DNA of 64,000 bases from an uncultured Clostridia bacterium (GTDB lineage Bacteria > Bacillota > Clostridia > TANB77 > CAG-508): the NCBI GenBank assembly GCA_947594935.1, contig CANQEM010000007.1:1195-65194 (forward strand). The letters are read 5' to 3'. The notes under the pieces are model-generated. The model did no database searches and was not told the origin of the DNA. It saw nothing but the letters and a program-made list of their open reading frames with translations. Of this stretch, positions 49,840 to 60,732 are shown in pieces. Made by a program: the position numbers and the translations under genes. Position 1 is the stretch's first letter. The number at the start of each line of letters is the position of its first letter.

Positions 49840-50265
49840 TTATATACCCAAGTTTGCCATGTTTTCTGCGATTTCATCTGCTGATATTTGTTCATCGCAT
49901 TTTTCCCAGATTTCTTTGTTCCAAATTTCAAGTCTTGTTCCTACTCCTATGATAATTACATCTTTTTCAAGTTCTGCTGCTTCTCTTAAATTATTTGGAA
50001 TCAAAAATCTGCCTTGTTTGTCGATTTCACATTCTGTTGCTCCTGATAAAAAGAACCTTACAAAGTTTCTGGCATTTTTATCTGATAGTGGTAAACTTTT
50101 TAATTTTTCTTCGAAGTTAAGCCATTCTGTTTGAGAGAACGCAAATAAACATCCATCTAACCCCTTTGTTATGATGAACTTCTCGCCTATATCTTGTCTT
50201 AGTTTTGCTGGCATAATCACTCTGCCTTTTGCATCTAGCGAGTGGCTATATTCTCCCATTAGCAT
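49840..50265 (-). CDS. mraZ: transcriptional regulator MraZ
   Basis: [23 protein letters not shown]... and a second ...[13 protein letters not shown]... SpoVT/AbrB-like half. ATG at 50265 after GAGGGG. Confidence 0.9.
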   Translation of the reverse strand: MLMGEYSHSLDAKGRVIMPAKLRQDIGEKFIITKGLDGCLFAFSQTEWLNFEEKLKSLPLSDKNARNFVRFFLSGATECEIDKQGRFLIPNNLREAAELEKDVIIIGVGTRLEIWNKEIWEKCDEQISADEIAENMANLGI

Positions 50266-50280
50266 GGTTCTCACCCCTCT

Positions 50281-50316
50281 CCACTTAATTACCACTTTGT
50301 ACCACTTTTTACCACT
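50281..50316 (-). promoter_or_regulatory. MraZ operator: four AAGTGG(T) boxes phased 10-11 bp
   Basis: Plus-strand CCACT at 50281, 50292, 50302 and 50312, between the promoter and the mraZ RBS. Phased GTGG repeats are the known MraZ box type. Confidence 0.7.
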
Positions 50317-50324
50317 TCACTTAA

Positions 50325-50353
50325 ATTTTAATACAACTTATTATATTTTGCAA
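50325..50353 (-). promoter_or_regulatory. candidate dcw/mraZ promoter
   Basis: Gene sense reads TTGCAA, 17-nt spacer, then TAAAAT, immediately upstream of the MraZ boxes. Confidence 0.55.
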
Positions 50354-50549
50354 GTGTTTTTTGAAATTTTTTTATTTTTTTGTAATCTTTTTATTAGTTG
50401 CTTTTTATGTAAAATTTTCGTAATGTTATTGTTAGTATCATTTTATGTAAAAAACTACTATTATCAATTCATTTTCAATAATTGTATTGATTGTTATACT
50501 TTTATTGATAAATTAAATTGTTCTCTTAAAACTGGAAGGAGTGAGTTTT

Positions 50550-50918
50550 ATGAAAGACAAAGAAAAATCTTATCGAAAAGTTATTGGTAAAAAAATCAAA
50601 TTAGCAAGAGCTAAAAATAATTATACACAAGAAATTCTTGCAGAAAAATTAGAACTTTCTACTCGTTATATTAGCCAATTAGAAAGAGGTATTTCTTTTG
50701 GAAGTGCAACAACATTAGTTAACCTTTGCAATGCGTTGGAAATTGACACTGATTTTTTATTTCAAGAATTAGTTAATAATAATCATAGTTCTGAACAGTC
50801 TAGGGCATTAGATGAAAAATTTTTTAATAATTATTTGCAATTGAATTCTCAACATAAAGAGCTTATCAATGCTTTTATATTAGATATGTTAAAGATAGAA
50901 AAGGAAAAAGAAGTTTAG
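50550..50918 (+). CDS. XRE-family HTH transcriptional regulator
   Basis: IGKKIKLARAKNNYTQEILAEKLELSTRYISQLERG. ATG lies 8 nt after GGAAGGAG. Confidence 0.8.
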   Translation: MKDKEKSYRKVIGKKIKLARAKNNYTQEILAEKLELSTRYISQLERGISFGSATTLVNLCNALEIDTDFLFQELVNNNHSSEQSRALDEKFFNNYLQLNSQHKELINAFILDMLKIEKEKEV

Positions 50919-51003
50919 TAAACCTAAGCTTCTTTATTTTATATTCATATTGATATTTTGAAAAAAATACTATATAATTAGTTTGAAGAATGGGAGTGAT
51001 GTG

Positions 51004-51270
51004 ATGGAAGAAGTAAAAATTGGGCGTGTTTACCGTCATTTCAAAGGTAACTACTATTTTGTTGAAAACATAGCTTATGATTCAGAAACCAAAGAAAGAT
51101 TTGTTGTTTATAAGCCTCTATATGAGCGTGAAGATGGGCGAAACATCTGGATAAGGCCTGAGAAAATGTTTTTAGAAGAAGTGCCTTCTAATCGTCCTGA
51201 TAATATAACAGGTCAGAAAATTAGATTTGTCTTAGTTGATGATATAGATAAAGATTATACTAGGAGGTAA
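51004..51270 (+). CDS. DUF1653 domain protein
   Basis: GRVYRHFKGNYYFVENIAYDSETKERFVVYKPLY pattern. Confidence 0.7.
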   Translation: MEEVKIGRVYRHFKGNYYFVENIAYDSETKERFVVYKPLYEREDGRNIWIRPEKMFLEEVPSNRPDNITGQKIRFVLVDDIDKDYTRR

Positions 51271-51273
51271 GTT

Positions 51274-51741
51274 ATGGATAAATATATGGAACAGGCTTAT
51301 TTGTCTGCAAAGCATGGAATAGAAGCAAAAGAAGGAGGACCTTTCGGGGCAGTAATTGTTGACAATGCTGGTAATGTTGTTGGTGTTGGAAATAATCGTG
51401 TTTTAAAAAATTCAGACCCAACAGCACATGCTGAAATTGTTGCTATTCGTGAGGCTTGCCAAAAATTACAAACCAATGATTTATCTGGTTGCACTTTATA
51501 TACAACTTGTGAACCTTGCCCAATGTGCCTTTCAGCAATTGTATGGGCTAACATTAAGAAATTTTACTTTGGTTGCACTAGAAAAGATGCTGCAAATATC
51601 GGTTTTAGAGATGATTTATTATATGAATATTTACAAAACTCTGAAAGTCATAAAGATTTAATTCAAGCTATTCCTCTTGATAGAGAATCTTGTCTTAAAG
51701 TCTTTCAAAAATATGTTGATGATAATGGAGTTATATATTAA
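51274..51741 (+). CDS. CDA-fold nucleoside/guanine deaminase
   Basis: Zinc motifs HAEIVAI and CEPCPMC. Size and N-terminus resemble GuaD-type enzymes. Confidence 0.75.
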   Translation: MDKYMEQAYLSAKHGIEAKEGGPFGAVIVDNAGNVVGVGNNRVLKNSDPTAHAEIVAIREACQKLQTNDLSGCTLYTTCEPCPMCLSAIVWANIKKFYFGCTRKDAANIGFRDDLLYEYLQNSESHKDLIQAIPLDRESCLKVFQKYVDDNGVIY

Positions 51742-51744
51742 AAA

Positions 51745-51763
51745 ATGGCGGATACACCGCCAT
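51745..51763. terminator. bidirectional hairpin terminator
   Basis: AAAAATGGCGG-ATACA-CCGCCATTTTTTTT. Confidence 0.75.
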
Positions 51764-51768
51764 TTTTT

Positions 51769-54700
51769 TTACATTGTAACAACTATATTTACAACTCCTT
51801 TATTTTCTTCTAGCCTAATTTCATTTTGAGTTTCATCTTCATCAATTGTTATTTTGGTAACTCCCGTATTTTTACCTTCTGGGTTTTCAACTACTATATT
51901 GTATAACGTGTTTTTCCATTTGTACCTTATGCTATAAGTTTTCCACTCTTTTGGTATACATGGTTCTATTTTTAATACACCCTCTTTTATTTTTAGTCCT
52001 AGGATATTTTCAATTCCAGCTTTGTAATACCAACTAGCTGAACCGGTGTACCATGTCCATCCACCTCGCCCTGCCAGATTACTTGCGCCATAAATATCTG
52101 CTGGAATTACATAAGGTTCTACTTTATACTTGTTAGCCATTTCTTTTGTTCGGCTATGCTCAATTGGGTTTATCATTTTGTATAACCCAAAGGCTTTGTC
52201 ACCAAACCCCAAAAGTGCTTCTGCAATAATTACCCAAATAGCTGCATGTGTATATTGACCGCCATTTTCTCTTACTCCTGGTAAATATGCTTTGATATAT
52301 CCTGGCTCCAATTTGCCTTTTTCAAAAGGTGGATCTAATAGTTTAATTATTCCATTTTCTTTATCAACTAAGTGATTTTCTAGGCTTTCCATAGAAATAT
52401 ATTTTTTATCGTTGTCCCCTGCTTCTGAGATAACTGCCCAACTTTGTGCAATACTATCAATTTTACATTCTTCGTTTTCCATACTTCCTAAAATTTGACC
52501 ATCATCTGTGTATGCCCTTTTATACCATCTACCGTCCCAACCACTTGTATTAAGTGATTTTTTTAGTTCCTGCATGATTTTTTCATATCTTTCTGCACGT
52601 GATATGTCTCCTTTTTCTTTGATAATCGGTATCCATTTATTCAAGATATTATATAAGAAAAAGCCAAGCCATACACTTTCTCCAATTCCTTTGTTACCTA
52701 CTTCATTCATTCCGTCGTTCCAGTCTCCACAACCGATTTTAGGAATTCCATGTTCACCAAAATTTAAGCTTTTTTCAATTGCTCTTATGCAGTGTTCATA
52801 AATAGTTTCAGAGACATCTCCAACTTCATATTTATCATATTTTTCATCTTGGTCGTGTTCTAGTAAATTTCCTTTCAAATATGGAGTTTTGGTATTTAAA
52901 AGTTCTTTATCTCCGGTAAAGTTTACATATTCAGCTGTGAGATATGCAAGCCATAGCAAGTCATCTGAAAATCTGGTTCTTATTCCTCTTGAAGTTTCCT
53001 CATGCCACCAATGTTCTACATCTCCTTCTTCAAATTGATGTTCACTGTGCTTTATAATTTGATTTTTAAGGTATTCTGGGTCAATATATTTTAAGCCGAT
53101 TGTATCTTGCAATTGATCCCTAAATCCATAAGCTCCGCCAGATTGGTAATATCCTGTTCTTGCTAAAAGTCTACTTGTAATTATTTGATAAACTACCCAG
53201 CCGTTTAATAAAATGTTTGTAGCATCATTTGGAGTGCTAACTTGTAATTTATCAACTGTGCTTCTCCACTCGTTTTTGGTGCGTTCTAGTTCTTGCTTAC
53301 AATTTTGTATTTTACTATATTTATAGCTCTTATTTTTCCCATCTAAAATGCTTTCTTCTGCTCCAAGCACCATCGTGATTTCCTTTTCTCCAAAGCTTTC
53401 AATTTCAACTTCTATTTCATATACAATACATGGCTTACTGCCTAAACTTGTCTCATTATTTAAAACTTCTTTTTTTAGCCCATCTGGGTTTGTAAGCCCA
53501 CCTTGACCAAAGAAAAAGTTTTTATCGCCAGTATATGATTTTATAGGTTCACTGCTTGAAGCATAGATAATATCTTTAAATTCGCTGTTGTATAGGTTTT
53601 GGGCAAAAAGCGTGTTGCTGTTTTTATCAAATTGTAATTGTATATATTCTGAAATTTTTTGTTCATCTTCTCCTAAAACTGGTTTGTTATAGTAATAAAT
53701 TTTAAGTTTTTTCCTATTTGGAGTAGTATTTTTTAATGTTAAAATTTGTACTTTAACACTGTCTGTTTTTGGCACAAATATTTCTAAGTTCTGTTCTATT
53801 CCATCACTCTTATGCTTAAATATACAGTATCCAAAACCATATATTACTTGATATTGTTTATCATCTGGCTTTGGGTTTAATCCCAAAGACCATGTTTTTT
53901 TAGTTTCTTTATCTTTTAAATAAATTACTTCTGATGGTATGTCATAATTAGGCATATTTGCCCAAGATGTTACTCTATTTAGCCTACTATTTTTGTACCA
54001 TGTATATCCACCCATATTTTCTGTGATTAAGGTTCCAAATTTTTCATTTGCTAATATATGGGACCATACTGTTGGTAAGCGATTTTGTTTGCTAGTAGAA
54101 ATAATATATTCTTTCCCATCAGTCGAAAAAGCTCCATATTCATTGTCATATTTTAAATCTTCAATATTTTTAATTACATCATTTTCTTCTTCTATACAGG
54201 TTTGTGAAGGTTCTTCGTTTGCAATATTTTTCATTTTATCAATATATTCTTCTTCTATTTCATTCATAGCATTTTTTAGGCTACCCCTATCACTCTCTAT
54301 TATCAGAGTTGCAACAAATTTTAATAAATCAAAATCTTGCTTAGTTATTTCGGTTTTGTTTAATTCAAAAATTCCGCCCTTGATGTTTTTTAAATATGCC
54401 ATATTGGAATTTAAAACAAGATTTTCTATTTCTTCTCTCACATAATTTTCATAGCTGTGCTTTTCTTCATCAATAAAAACTAATTCAACTTCTATTCCCT
54501 TTATTCTGAAAAATTCATACGCTTTTAGTATTTCTTTCACACAATCCACATCATTTGCATTTTTTACCTTTACTAAAATGATTGGTAAATCGCCTGATAT
54601 GCCATATTTCCACAGTTCACTTTGATTATATATTTGTTTTGGCAAGTTTTTTAAGCTGTTCTTTTTTGATGGGTTTGTGAAAAGAATATATGACAATATT

Positions 54701-57700
54701 TTTTGATATTGCTCCATTTCTGATGCTTTTATACCTAAATATCTGCTTTGAGCTTCTATTTTAGCTTTTGAAATTTCAAAGGCTTTTTCTACTGTTTCCT
54801 TTGTTCTGTATTTTTTAATATTTTCGAGAAGCAGTTCTTTTTCTTCCCCTACTGATAAAACCAAATTAAGTTCAACTTTATCTTTTGAACTTAATTTAAT
54901 TGTTCTCTTTAATGCTACAATTCCTTCTGTTACATAGCCAATTTTTTGTGAAAAAGGTGTGGAGTTTTGCACCATTTCTGGTATTTCAATATTTGATCTA
55001 CCACAAAATTTTTCTTTGTCTATTTCATATTCTAGATTTCCTGCCATTTCTGCATCTGCACACAGTAGATTTGCTATTAGATAAATTTCTTTTTCGTTTT
55101 TTTCTCTTTTTTTCCTTTTCACAATTATACTATTTGTTTGCTCATCATAATCATATACTAAAAATAGATTATTAAATATTGGATGTGCATCATCTTGTTC
55201 TTTTCTAGATAATATTGGCTCAAAATATGCTGTTACTTCTAAGGTTTCATCTTCAAGTCCTCTATTTTCTAATGTGATTCGCCTTATTTCAGATAAATCG
55301 TCTGGGCTTATGATAGTTTCTATTTTTGTGCTTATATTATCTTGTTCAAGTTCTTGTTCTATTTTGTCTGGCATAAAGCTTATTTTATAATTGTCCTGAT
55401 TTTGCTTAAAAGATGTCCATATATTTTTTGTTTTGATGTTCTTAATTGCAAAGCAAATTCCCTGTGAATAGTCATCTGTTTTCTTATAGCGATTTACATA
55501 TATATTTTTATATTTGCTAAAACCTTCTCCGTTTTGATTAACAGCAACTGAGTAGTTTTCGTCTGATATAACATTTCCTCTAATAAGTCGATTGTCAAAT
55601 TTTGTATATGTTACTACACTGTAATCTTCATAATCTGTATATATTGGTTTTTCAACTTTTTCTTTGGTTTCCTTTGTTATAATTGCAGTTTCTGGCATTG
55701 TTTCTTGAAGCAAAATAGTTGTACTGGCTATTTCGGGATTGTGAACAAACCTCTTTTGCAAAATATTACTGTTCATCAAATTGTTTATTGATAATAATAT
55801 TAGAGCTTGATGGTGTGCCATATAGGTTTTTACAGGTTCTGCTTTCTTGCCCTTTTCGATTCTTGTTGGTGTGAAATCAATTGATTCATAAAAGCCGTAT
55901 TTACCATACATTCCGTATTTTTCTAATTGTTTTAAGTTTTGTATTACTTTTTTAGGAACATCGCTAATTGCTAAAACACTTCCATAAGTTGCAACTACCA
56001 TTTCATCTGCAAGTCCTCTTTTTAAACCAAGCCATGGAATTCCAAAGGCTTTGTATTGATAGTTTCCGTGTAAGTCTTTCACATTAAAAGCAGCTTCTGA
56101 AATGCCCCAAGGTATTTTTAATTCCCTGCTATATTCCATTTGGCTTTTTAGCATAAATCTGCATGATTCATCTAAAAGGCTACCTTTATATTTTGGCATG
56201 TTGATGTTTGGCATTAGATATTCAAAAGATGTTCCAGACCATGAAACAAGTCCTTTATTTTTTCCGAGTGTAGTCATGGTTCTGCTTAACTTATTCCAAT
56301 GTTTTGAAGGTATATCTTTTTTACTAATTGCAATAAAACTAGCTTGCCTTGCTTCTGATGCCAATAAATCATAATATGAATCTGTTAATTTATTTTCTTC
56401 GATATTATAGCCGATTGAAAATATTTGATGTTCTTTATTATATAGTGCTGAAAAATCAGTTTGCTTGATGATGTTTTCTATATTTGCTATCATGTTTTCA
56501 AGTTTTGGTTCATTCAGTTCTTCTAGGAAAGCTTTTGCTGTGTATAAATACCCTACAAAATTCCCGCTATCAACTGTTGAAATATATCTTGGTTGGAGCG
56601 GTTTTCCGCTTTTTATTTCATACCAATTATATAAATGACCATTCCATTTTTCTAATTTATTTATTGCATTTAATATGTTTTCTATTAGTTCTATTGCTTT
56701 ATTTAATGCGATAAACTGCATATCATAGGCTGAAATTACTGCTAGTAATGATAAGCCAATATTTGTTGATGATGTTCGTGCAATTATTTTTTGTTTTCTA
56801 TCTTCTTGGTAATTGTCTGGTATAAGGTAATTATTTTCCTTTGTTAAATAGGTTTCAAAGAATTTCCAAGTACGTTTTGCAATATCTTGTAAATATTTAA
56901 TTTCTTCTTTTTGTAACATGTCTTTTGCTTCTTTTGATATGTTTTCTTTACTGATAGCATACATCAAATATGGTGTAATTATCCACAAAATTCCTAGTAT
57001 TCCCAAGCCAATTCGATTAGATAGTAATGCTAAAATTCCTAAAAACAAATTTACAGCCATGTTCTTATAATAACTTACAACATCAGTTTTTGCTTGTTTT
57101 TCTGCTTCTTCTGACGTAGTCCATTCAAGCAAGTGCATCTGTGTTACTGTTTTTCTATAAATTGTTATACAAATAGCTTTTAGAGAAATATATGCTTTAT
57201 ATGGCAAACAGCCTAATGTTAAAACTGCTCTTAGTAAAATTCCTTTTATCCCTGTTATTTTTTGTGTATAAGTTTTTAGTTTTTGCTCTCCTTCTTTTTT
57301 AAATATTAGTTTATCTAATAATTCTAATATTTGTGAACTACATGTAGTTAATGCTAAAAATAGCCATGCCCCCTTTATTGAAAAAGTACATATCATGCAC
57401 AAAATAACACTTACTTCAAAAAGACTTCTTCTCAGATTATCTAAGATTTTGTATTTTGAAAGTAAGTTCAACTTTTTATTTCTTAGCCATGCAGTAATTT
57501 GCCAATCTCCTCTTATCCACCTTGAAAGTCTATTCATAAAACTCATATATTTTGTTGGATACCCATCCATAAGTAATATATCTGATGCAAGTCCACATCT
57601 TAAATAGCATCCTTCAAGTAAGTCGTGGCTTAATACGGTGTTTTCTGGTATTTCGTTTTTTAAGACTTTTGAAAAGATTTCTAAATCATAGATACCTTTT

Positions 57701-59730
57701 CCAGTAAAAATGCCTTCTTTAAAATTATCTTGATAAACATCAGAAATTGCATTTGTGTAGCTATCAATTCCGCCAGACCCGGCAAAGATTTTTGTGAAAT
57801 TTGTTTTTAAGCTAACATCTAGGTTTATACCAACTCGTGGCTGAATTATTCCATAGCCTTCTACAACAACGTTGTTTTCATCAAGAATAGGTTTGTTCAA
57901 AATATGTGCCATTGCGCCTACTAGTTCGTTTGCAGTATTTAAAACAAGATCCGTATCTGCATCAAGTGTAATCACATATTTAATTTTTGGAATCTGCATT
58001 TCTTCAAAAGAATTATATAAAAACTGATTTGAACTGTTTCCTAGTAAATACTCATTAAACTGATTTAGCATCCCTCTTTTTCGTTCCCAGCCTAAGTAGC
58101 TCCCTTCTTTTGAGTTCCATTTTCTTTTACGATATATGAAGTGAAATATCGGAAATTCATTTTCGTACTTTTTGTTTAACTTTTCAATTTGTCTTTTTCC
58201 TTCTTCTATTATCTCATTGTCAAATGGTTCTTCTTTCTTGCTGCTCTCTGTGCAGTCTCCAAGTAAGGTAAAGTATAAGTTAGAAGATTTGTTTCCAACA
58301 TAATATATTTCTAACTTTTTAAATAATTCTTGCACTTTTTGTTTACCTTTTAAAGCTGTTGGTATAACAACTATTGTTGCTTTGTCTTTTGGTATTCCTC
58401 CTTGATAATCCATCTTTGGTATTATTTTTGGTTTTACTAATTTGTTTGATATGTGTTGTACTATTTGTGTTACTATTTCGCTACATGGAATAAAAAATAA
58501 AACAAAAGCCAATATGTTTGAAAAGCTTATGCTGACTATTGTGGTTAGAAATATCGTTAATAATATTATTATAAATATATATTGTTTTTCTCTAACTTTT
58601 AGTGTTACTTTTTTCTCTTTCTTGTAATTCAGTTTAAAATATAAATCTTTAATTCCATCGTCGATTAAGTAATAGCCAATATGTGCTTTTTTTCCTTCAT
58701 GTTGTTGTGCAATTTCTAATATTTTTTTGGCAATATATATTTCTGATATTTTGGTTTTCTTTGAAATTTCCTTTATTCTATTGCGATAGTATTCTTTTGT
58801 TCTATAATCCATTTCAGGATATGTTCCTGTTGGATCTTGCTTTAATATGTCTTCTACTCCATTTATCTTTTCAAATATTTCTAAGAAGTTTATTCTTTGC
58901 ACAGTTTTTAAACTAGTTATACTGTTTCCAATTTGCACTTTTTGAATAGCTATATCAAAATGCTCTTTTTGAATTACCTCTCTTACAGTTAGCCCCAATT
59001 TTTCAACAATTTCTTCAAGAATATTTTGATATACTACACCCTTTTTTCCATATCGTTTTAAGATATATGACATATATTCAATAAATGGATACCTCATGTT
59101 TTGCGTTTTTTGTTTATCTACTATGTGAATATTTGATTTATTTTCAATAAGTGATTTTGCAATGTTTTCTGCTTTACTTTTCTGTATTTGTGCATTTTCA
59201 ATTTTCTCACAAGTTTTACGAATATTTTGAATAATAGCTATTTGAAGCATTATTCCAATATTCCATATTTCATCCATACTTAGAGTTTTATTTGTTTGAT
59301 AGCTCTTTAAATATTCCTCTAAGCTTTCTTTTTCAATTTTGTTTTCGGTATATGCAATAATTTCAGTAGCTAAAACATACACCCTACTAAAACCAGCATA
59401 TTCGCCATTTGCTAGTCCAACAAAATTTCTGTATTTTTTCTTTGTTAGCTCTTTTTGAATTTGTTTTACAGTTTCTTCGATGATATAGAAATTATCTAAT
59501 AACCATTCACCTGCTGGATGTATATGAATATGCTGTTTTAGGTTGTTATTTAAAAGTTCATATACTTCTTTTATCCTTTTGTAATCATCTATTAAATTTG
59601 GTATTGGATAAGTATTTTTGTCTGATTTTTGCTTGATATTATGGCTTGCTGCAATTTTTTCAAGATGCTTTTTTAGTTGTTCTTTTTCTAATAAGGCTCC
59701 ATTTATGTTTAATCTTTTATTTTCTTTCAA
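51769..59730 (-). CDS. giant multidomain cyclic beta-1,2-glucan synthase-like protein (GT domain plus GH94-type phosphorylase)
   Basis: 2653-aa ORF with a TTG start after AAGGAG. N-terminal region with TM helices, GT-A-like LDADTD, more TM segments, then a C-terminal GH94-like block (SGGAYGFRDQLQD..., WWHE..., DDLLWL). Confidence 0.7.
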   Translation of the reverse strand: MKENKRLNINGALLEKEQLKKHLEKIAASHNIKQKSDKNTYPIPNLIDDYKRIKEVYELLNNNLKQHIHIHPAGEWLLDNFYIIEETVKQIQKELTKKKYRNFVGLANGEYAGFSRVYVLATEIIAYTENKIEKESLEEYLKSYQTNKTLSMDEIWNIGIMLQIAIIQNIRKTCEKIENAQIQKSKAENIAKSLIENKSNIHIVDKQKTQNMRYPFIEYMSYILKRYGKKGVVYQNILEEIVEKLGLTVREVIQKEHFDIAIQKVQIGNSITSLKTVQRINFLEIFEKINGVEDILKQDPTGTYPEMDYRTKEYYRNRIKEISKKTKISEIYIAKKILEIAQQHEGKKAHIGYYLIDDGIKDLYFKLNYKKEKKVTLKVREKQYIFIIILLTIFLTTIVSISFSNILAFVLFFIPCSEIVTQIVQHISNKLVKPKIIPKMDYQGGIPKDKATIVVIPTALKGKQKVQELFKKLEIYYVGNKSSNLYFTLLGDCTESSKKEEPFDNEIIEEGKRQIEKLNKKYENEFPIFHFIYRKRKWNSKEGSYLGWERKRGMLNQFNEYLLGNSSNQFLYNSFEEMQIPKIKYVITLDADTDLVLNTANELVGAMAHILNKPILDENNVVVEGYGIIQPRVGINLDVSLKTNFTKIFAGSGGIDSYTNAISDVYQDNFKEGIFTGKGIYDLEIFSKVLKNEIPENTVLSHDLLEGCYLRCGLASDILLMDGYPTKYMSFMNRLSRWIRGDWQITAWLRNKKLNLLSKYKILDNLRRSLFEVSVILCMICTFSIKGAWLFLALTTCSSQILELLDKLIFKKEGEQKLKTYTQKITGIKGILLRAVLTLGCLPYKAYISLKAICITIYRKTVTQMHLLEWTTSEEAEKQAKTDVVSYYKNMAVNLFLGILALLSNRIGLGILGILWIITPYLMYAISKENISKEAKDMLQKEEIKYLQDIAKRTWKFFETYLTKENNYLIPDNYQEDRKQKIIARTSSTNIGLSLLAVISAYDMQFIALNKAIELIENILNAINKLEKWNGHLYNWYEIKSGKPLQPRYISTVDSGNFVGYLYTAKAFLEELNEPKLENMIANIENIIKQTDFSALYNKEHQIFSIGYNIEENKLTDSYYDLLASEARQASFIAISKKDIPSKHWNKLSRTMTTLGKNKGLVSWSGTSFEYLMPNINMPKYKGSLLDESCRFMLKSQMEYSRELKIPWGISEAAFNVKDLHGNYQYKAFGIPWLGLKRGLADEMVVATYGSVLAISDVPKKVIQNLKQLEKYGMYGKYGFYESIDFTPTRIEKGKKAEPVKTYMAHHQALILLSINNLMNSNILQKRFVHNPEIASTTILLQETMPETAIITKETKEKVEKPIYTDYEDYSVVTYTKFDNRLIRGNVISDENYSVAVNQNGEGFSKYKNIYVNRYKKTDDYSQGICFAIKNIKTKNIWTSFKQNQDNYKISFMPDKIEQELEQDNISTKIETIISPDDLSEIRRITLENRGLEDETLEVTAYFEPILSRKEQDDAHPIFNNLFLVYDYDEQTNSIIVKRKKREKNEKEIYLIANLLCADAEMAGNLEYEIDKEKFCGRSNIEIPEMVQNSTPFSQKIGYVTEGIVALKRTIKLSSKDKVELNLVLSVGEEKELLLENIKKYRTKETVEKAFEISKAKIEAQSRYLGIKASEMEQYQKILSYILFTNPSKKNSLKNLPKQIYNQSELWKYGISGDLPIILVKVKNANDVDCVKEILKAYEFFRIKGIEVELVFIDEEKHSYENYVREEIENLVLNSNMAYLKNIKGGIFELNKTEITKQDFDLLKFVATLIIESDRGSLKNAMNEIEEEYIDKMKNIANEEPSQTCIEEENDVIKNIEDLKYDNEYGAFSTDGKEYIISTSKQNRLPTVWSHILANEKFGTLITENMGGYTWYKNSRLNRVTSWANMPNYDIPSEVIYLKDKETKKTWSLGLNPKPDDKQYQVIYGFGYCIFKHKSDGIEQNLEIFVPKTDSVKVQILTLKNTTPNRKKLKIYYYNKPVLGEDEQKISEYIQLQFDKNSNTLFAQNLYNSEFKDIIYASSSEPIKSYTGDKNFFFGQGGLTNPDGLKKEVLNNETSLGSKPCIVYEIEVEIESFGEKEITMVLGAEESILDGKNKSYKYSKIQNCKQELERTKNEWRSTVDKLQVSTPNDATNILLNGWVVYQIITSRLLARTGYYQSGGAYGFRDQLQDTIGLKYIDPEYLKNQIIKHSEHQFEEGDVEHWWHEETSRGIRTRFSDDLLWLAYLTAEYVNFTGDKELLNTKTPYLKGNLLEHDQDEKYDKYEVGDVSETIYEHCIRAIEKSLNFGEHGIPKIGCGDWNDGMNEVGNKGIGESVWLGFFLYNILNKWIPIIKEKGDISRAERYEKIMQELKKSLNTSGWDGRWYKRAYTDDGQILGSMENEECKIDSIAQSWAVISEAGDNDKKYISMESLENHLVDKENGIIKLLDPPFEKGKLEPGYIKAYLPGVRENGGQYTHAAIWVIIAEALLGFGDKAFGLYKMINPIEHSRTKEMANKYKVEPYVIPADIYGASNLAGRGGWTWYTGSASWYYKAGIENILGLKIKEGVLKIEPCIPKEWKTYSIRYKWKNTLYNIVVENPEGKNTGVTKITIDEDETQNEIRLEENKGVVNIVVTM

Positions 59731-59800
59731 AAAAATTCCACTCCTTGCAATTGTGTTTTACACATATTATTTGCAAAAAGTGGAAAATTTATACGTTTTT

Positions 59801-60613
59801 TTATCTTTCCATTTCAGTTTCTGTTTGTTTTTCCTGCATTTTTTCTAACTTCTGATCTGATACTAATGTTGCTGGTCCTTCCTTAGTGTAGAATTTTTTG
59901 TTTACTGCATCATAGTAGAAATTATTTTCTTCTATTTCTTTTGCCATTTCTTCAGAAGTGATTGTATCTTTTTCTAGTCCAATTTCTAATGCTAGTAATT
60001 CATACATTTCTTTGGCTAAACCTGCACCGTCTCTTGTATTGTCCCTTGCATTAAGAAATTTGTCTGTTATATGTTTATATTCTTCTCTATATGTGTCTTG
60101 TAGCTTGTTTTCTCCGTCCATTATTCTATCTGCTTGTGCAACAAGTCTATCTACTGTTACAGTTTCAACATTGTTAATATCTTCTACTTCTTTATCTGAT
60201 TGGTCTACCATATATGCTTTGTAAAGTGTGTATATGTCATTTATAAATTCAGTTGATTTTGTTGCTTCATCTTCATAGAAAATCATTTCATTTAAATCAG
60301 GGTATTTTTCATATAACACTTTGATTTGATTTGTTAGGTATTTTCCCATTTCTTTTTTGTCTAAGTTTTTAAAGTCTCTAAATGCTGTGTCTATTGATGC
60401 GCGTTCTTCTATTTTATTTTCTGATATATGTTCAGCCATTTCATTTTTAACAGGTATGCTTATTGCTATTAGACCTGCGGCAATAAGGATACCAATTTTT
60501 ATTTTTGTTGCTGTTGACATTGGTTCTCTATTTTCTTTACGCTCTTTTTTAAAAAAGTCTCTAAGTTTTACTATTTTTTCATCTTTGCTTTTGTATTTTT
60601 TCATCTTTATCAC
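59801..60613 (-). CDS. membrane-anchored hypothetical protein (270 aa)
   Basis: Basic N-terminus, single TM (IGILIAAGLIAISIPV), helical E/K-rich ectodomain. Confidence 0.5.
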   Translation of the reverse strand: MIKMKKYKSKDEKIVKLRDFFKKERKENREPMSTATKIKIGILIAAGLIAISIPVKNEMAEHISENKIEERASIDTAFRDFKNLDKKEMGKYLTNQIKVLYEKYPDLNEMIFYEDEATKSTEFINDIYTLYKAYMVDQSDKEVEDINNVETVTVDRLVAQADRIMDGENKLQDTYREEYKHITDKFLNARDNTRDGAGLAKEMYELLALEIGLEKDTITSEEMAKEIEENNFYYDAVNKKFYTKEGPATLVSDQKLEKMQEKQTETEMER

Positions 60614-60732
60614 CTCTACACTTCTATTTTACCATAAAATTACTTAAATTGCAAATTTGTGACATTTTTTTGCTTCTTTCATAATATATAGTAATAAACT
60701 TTTTATAAAAGTTAAAAGATTTATGAGAAAGG

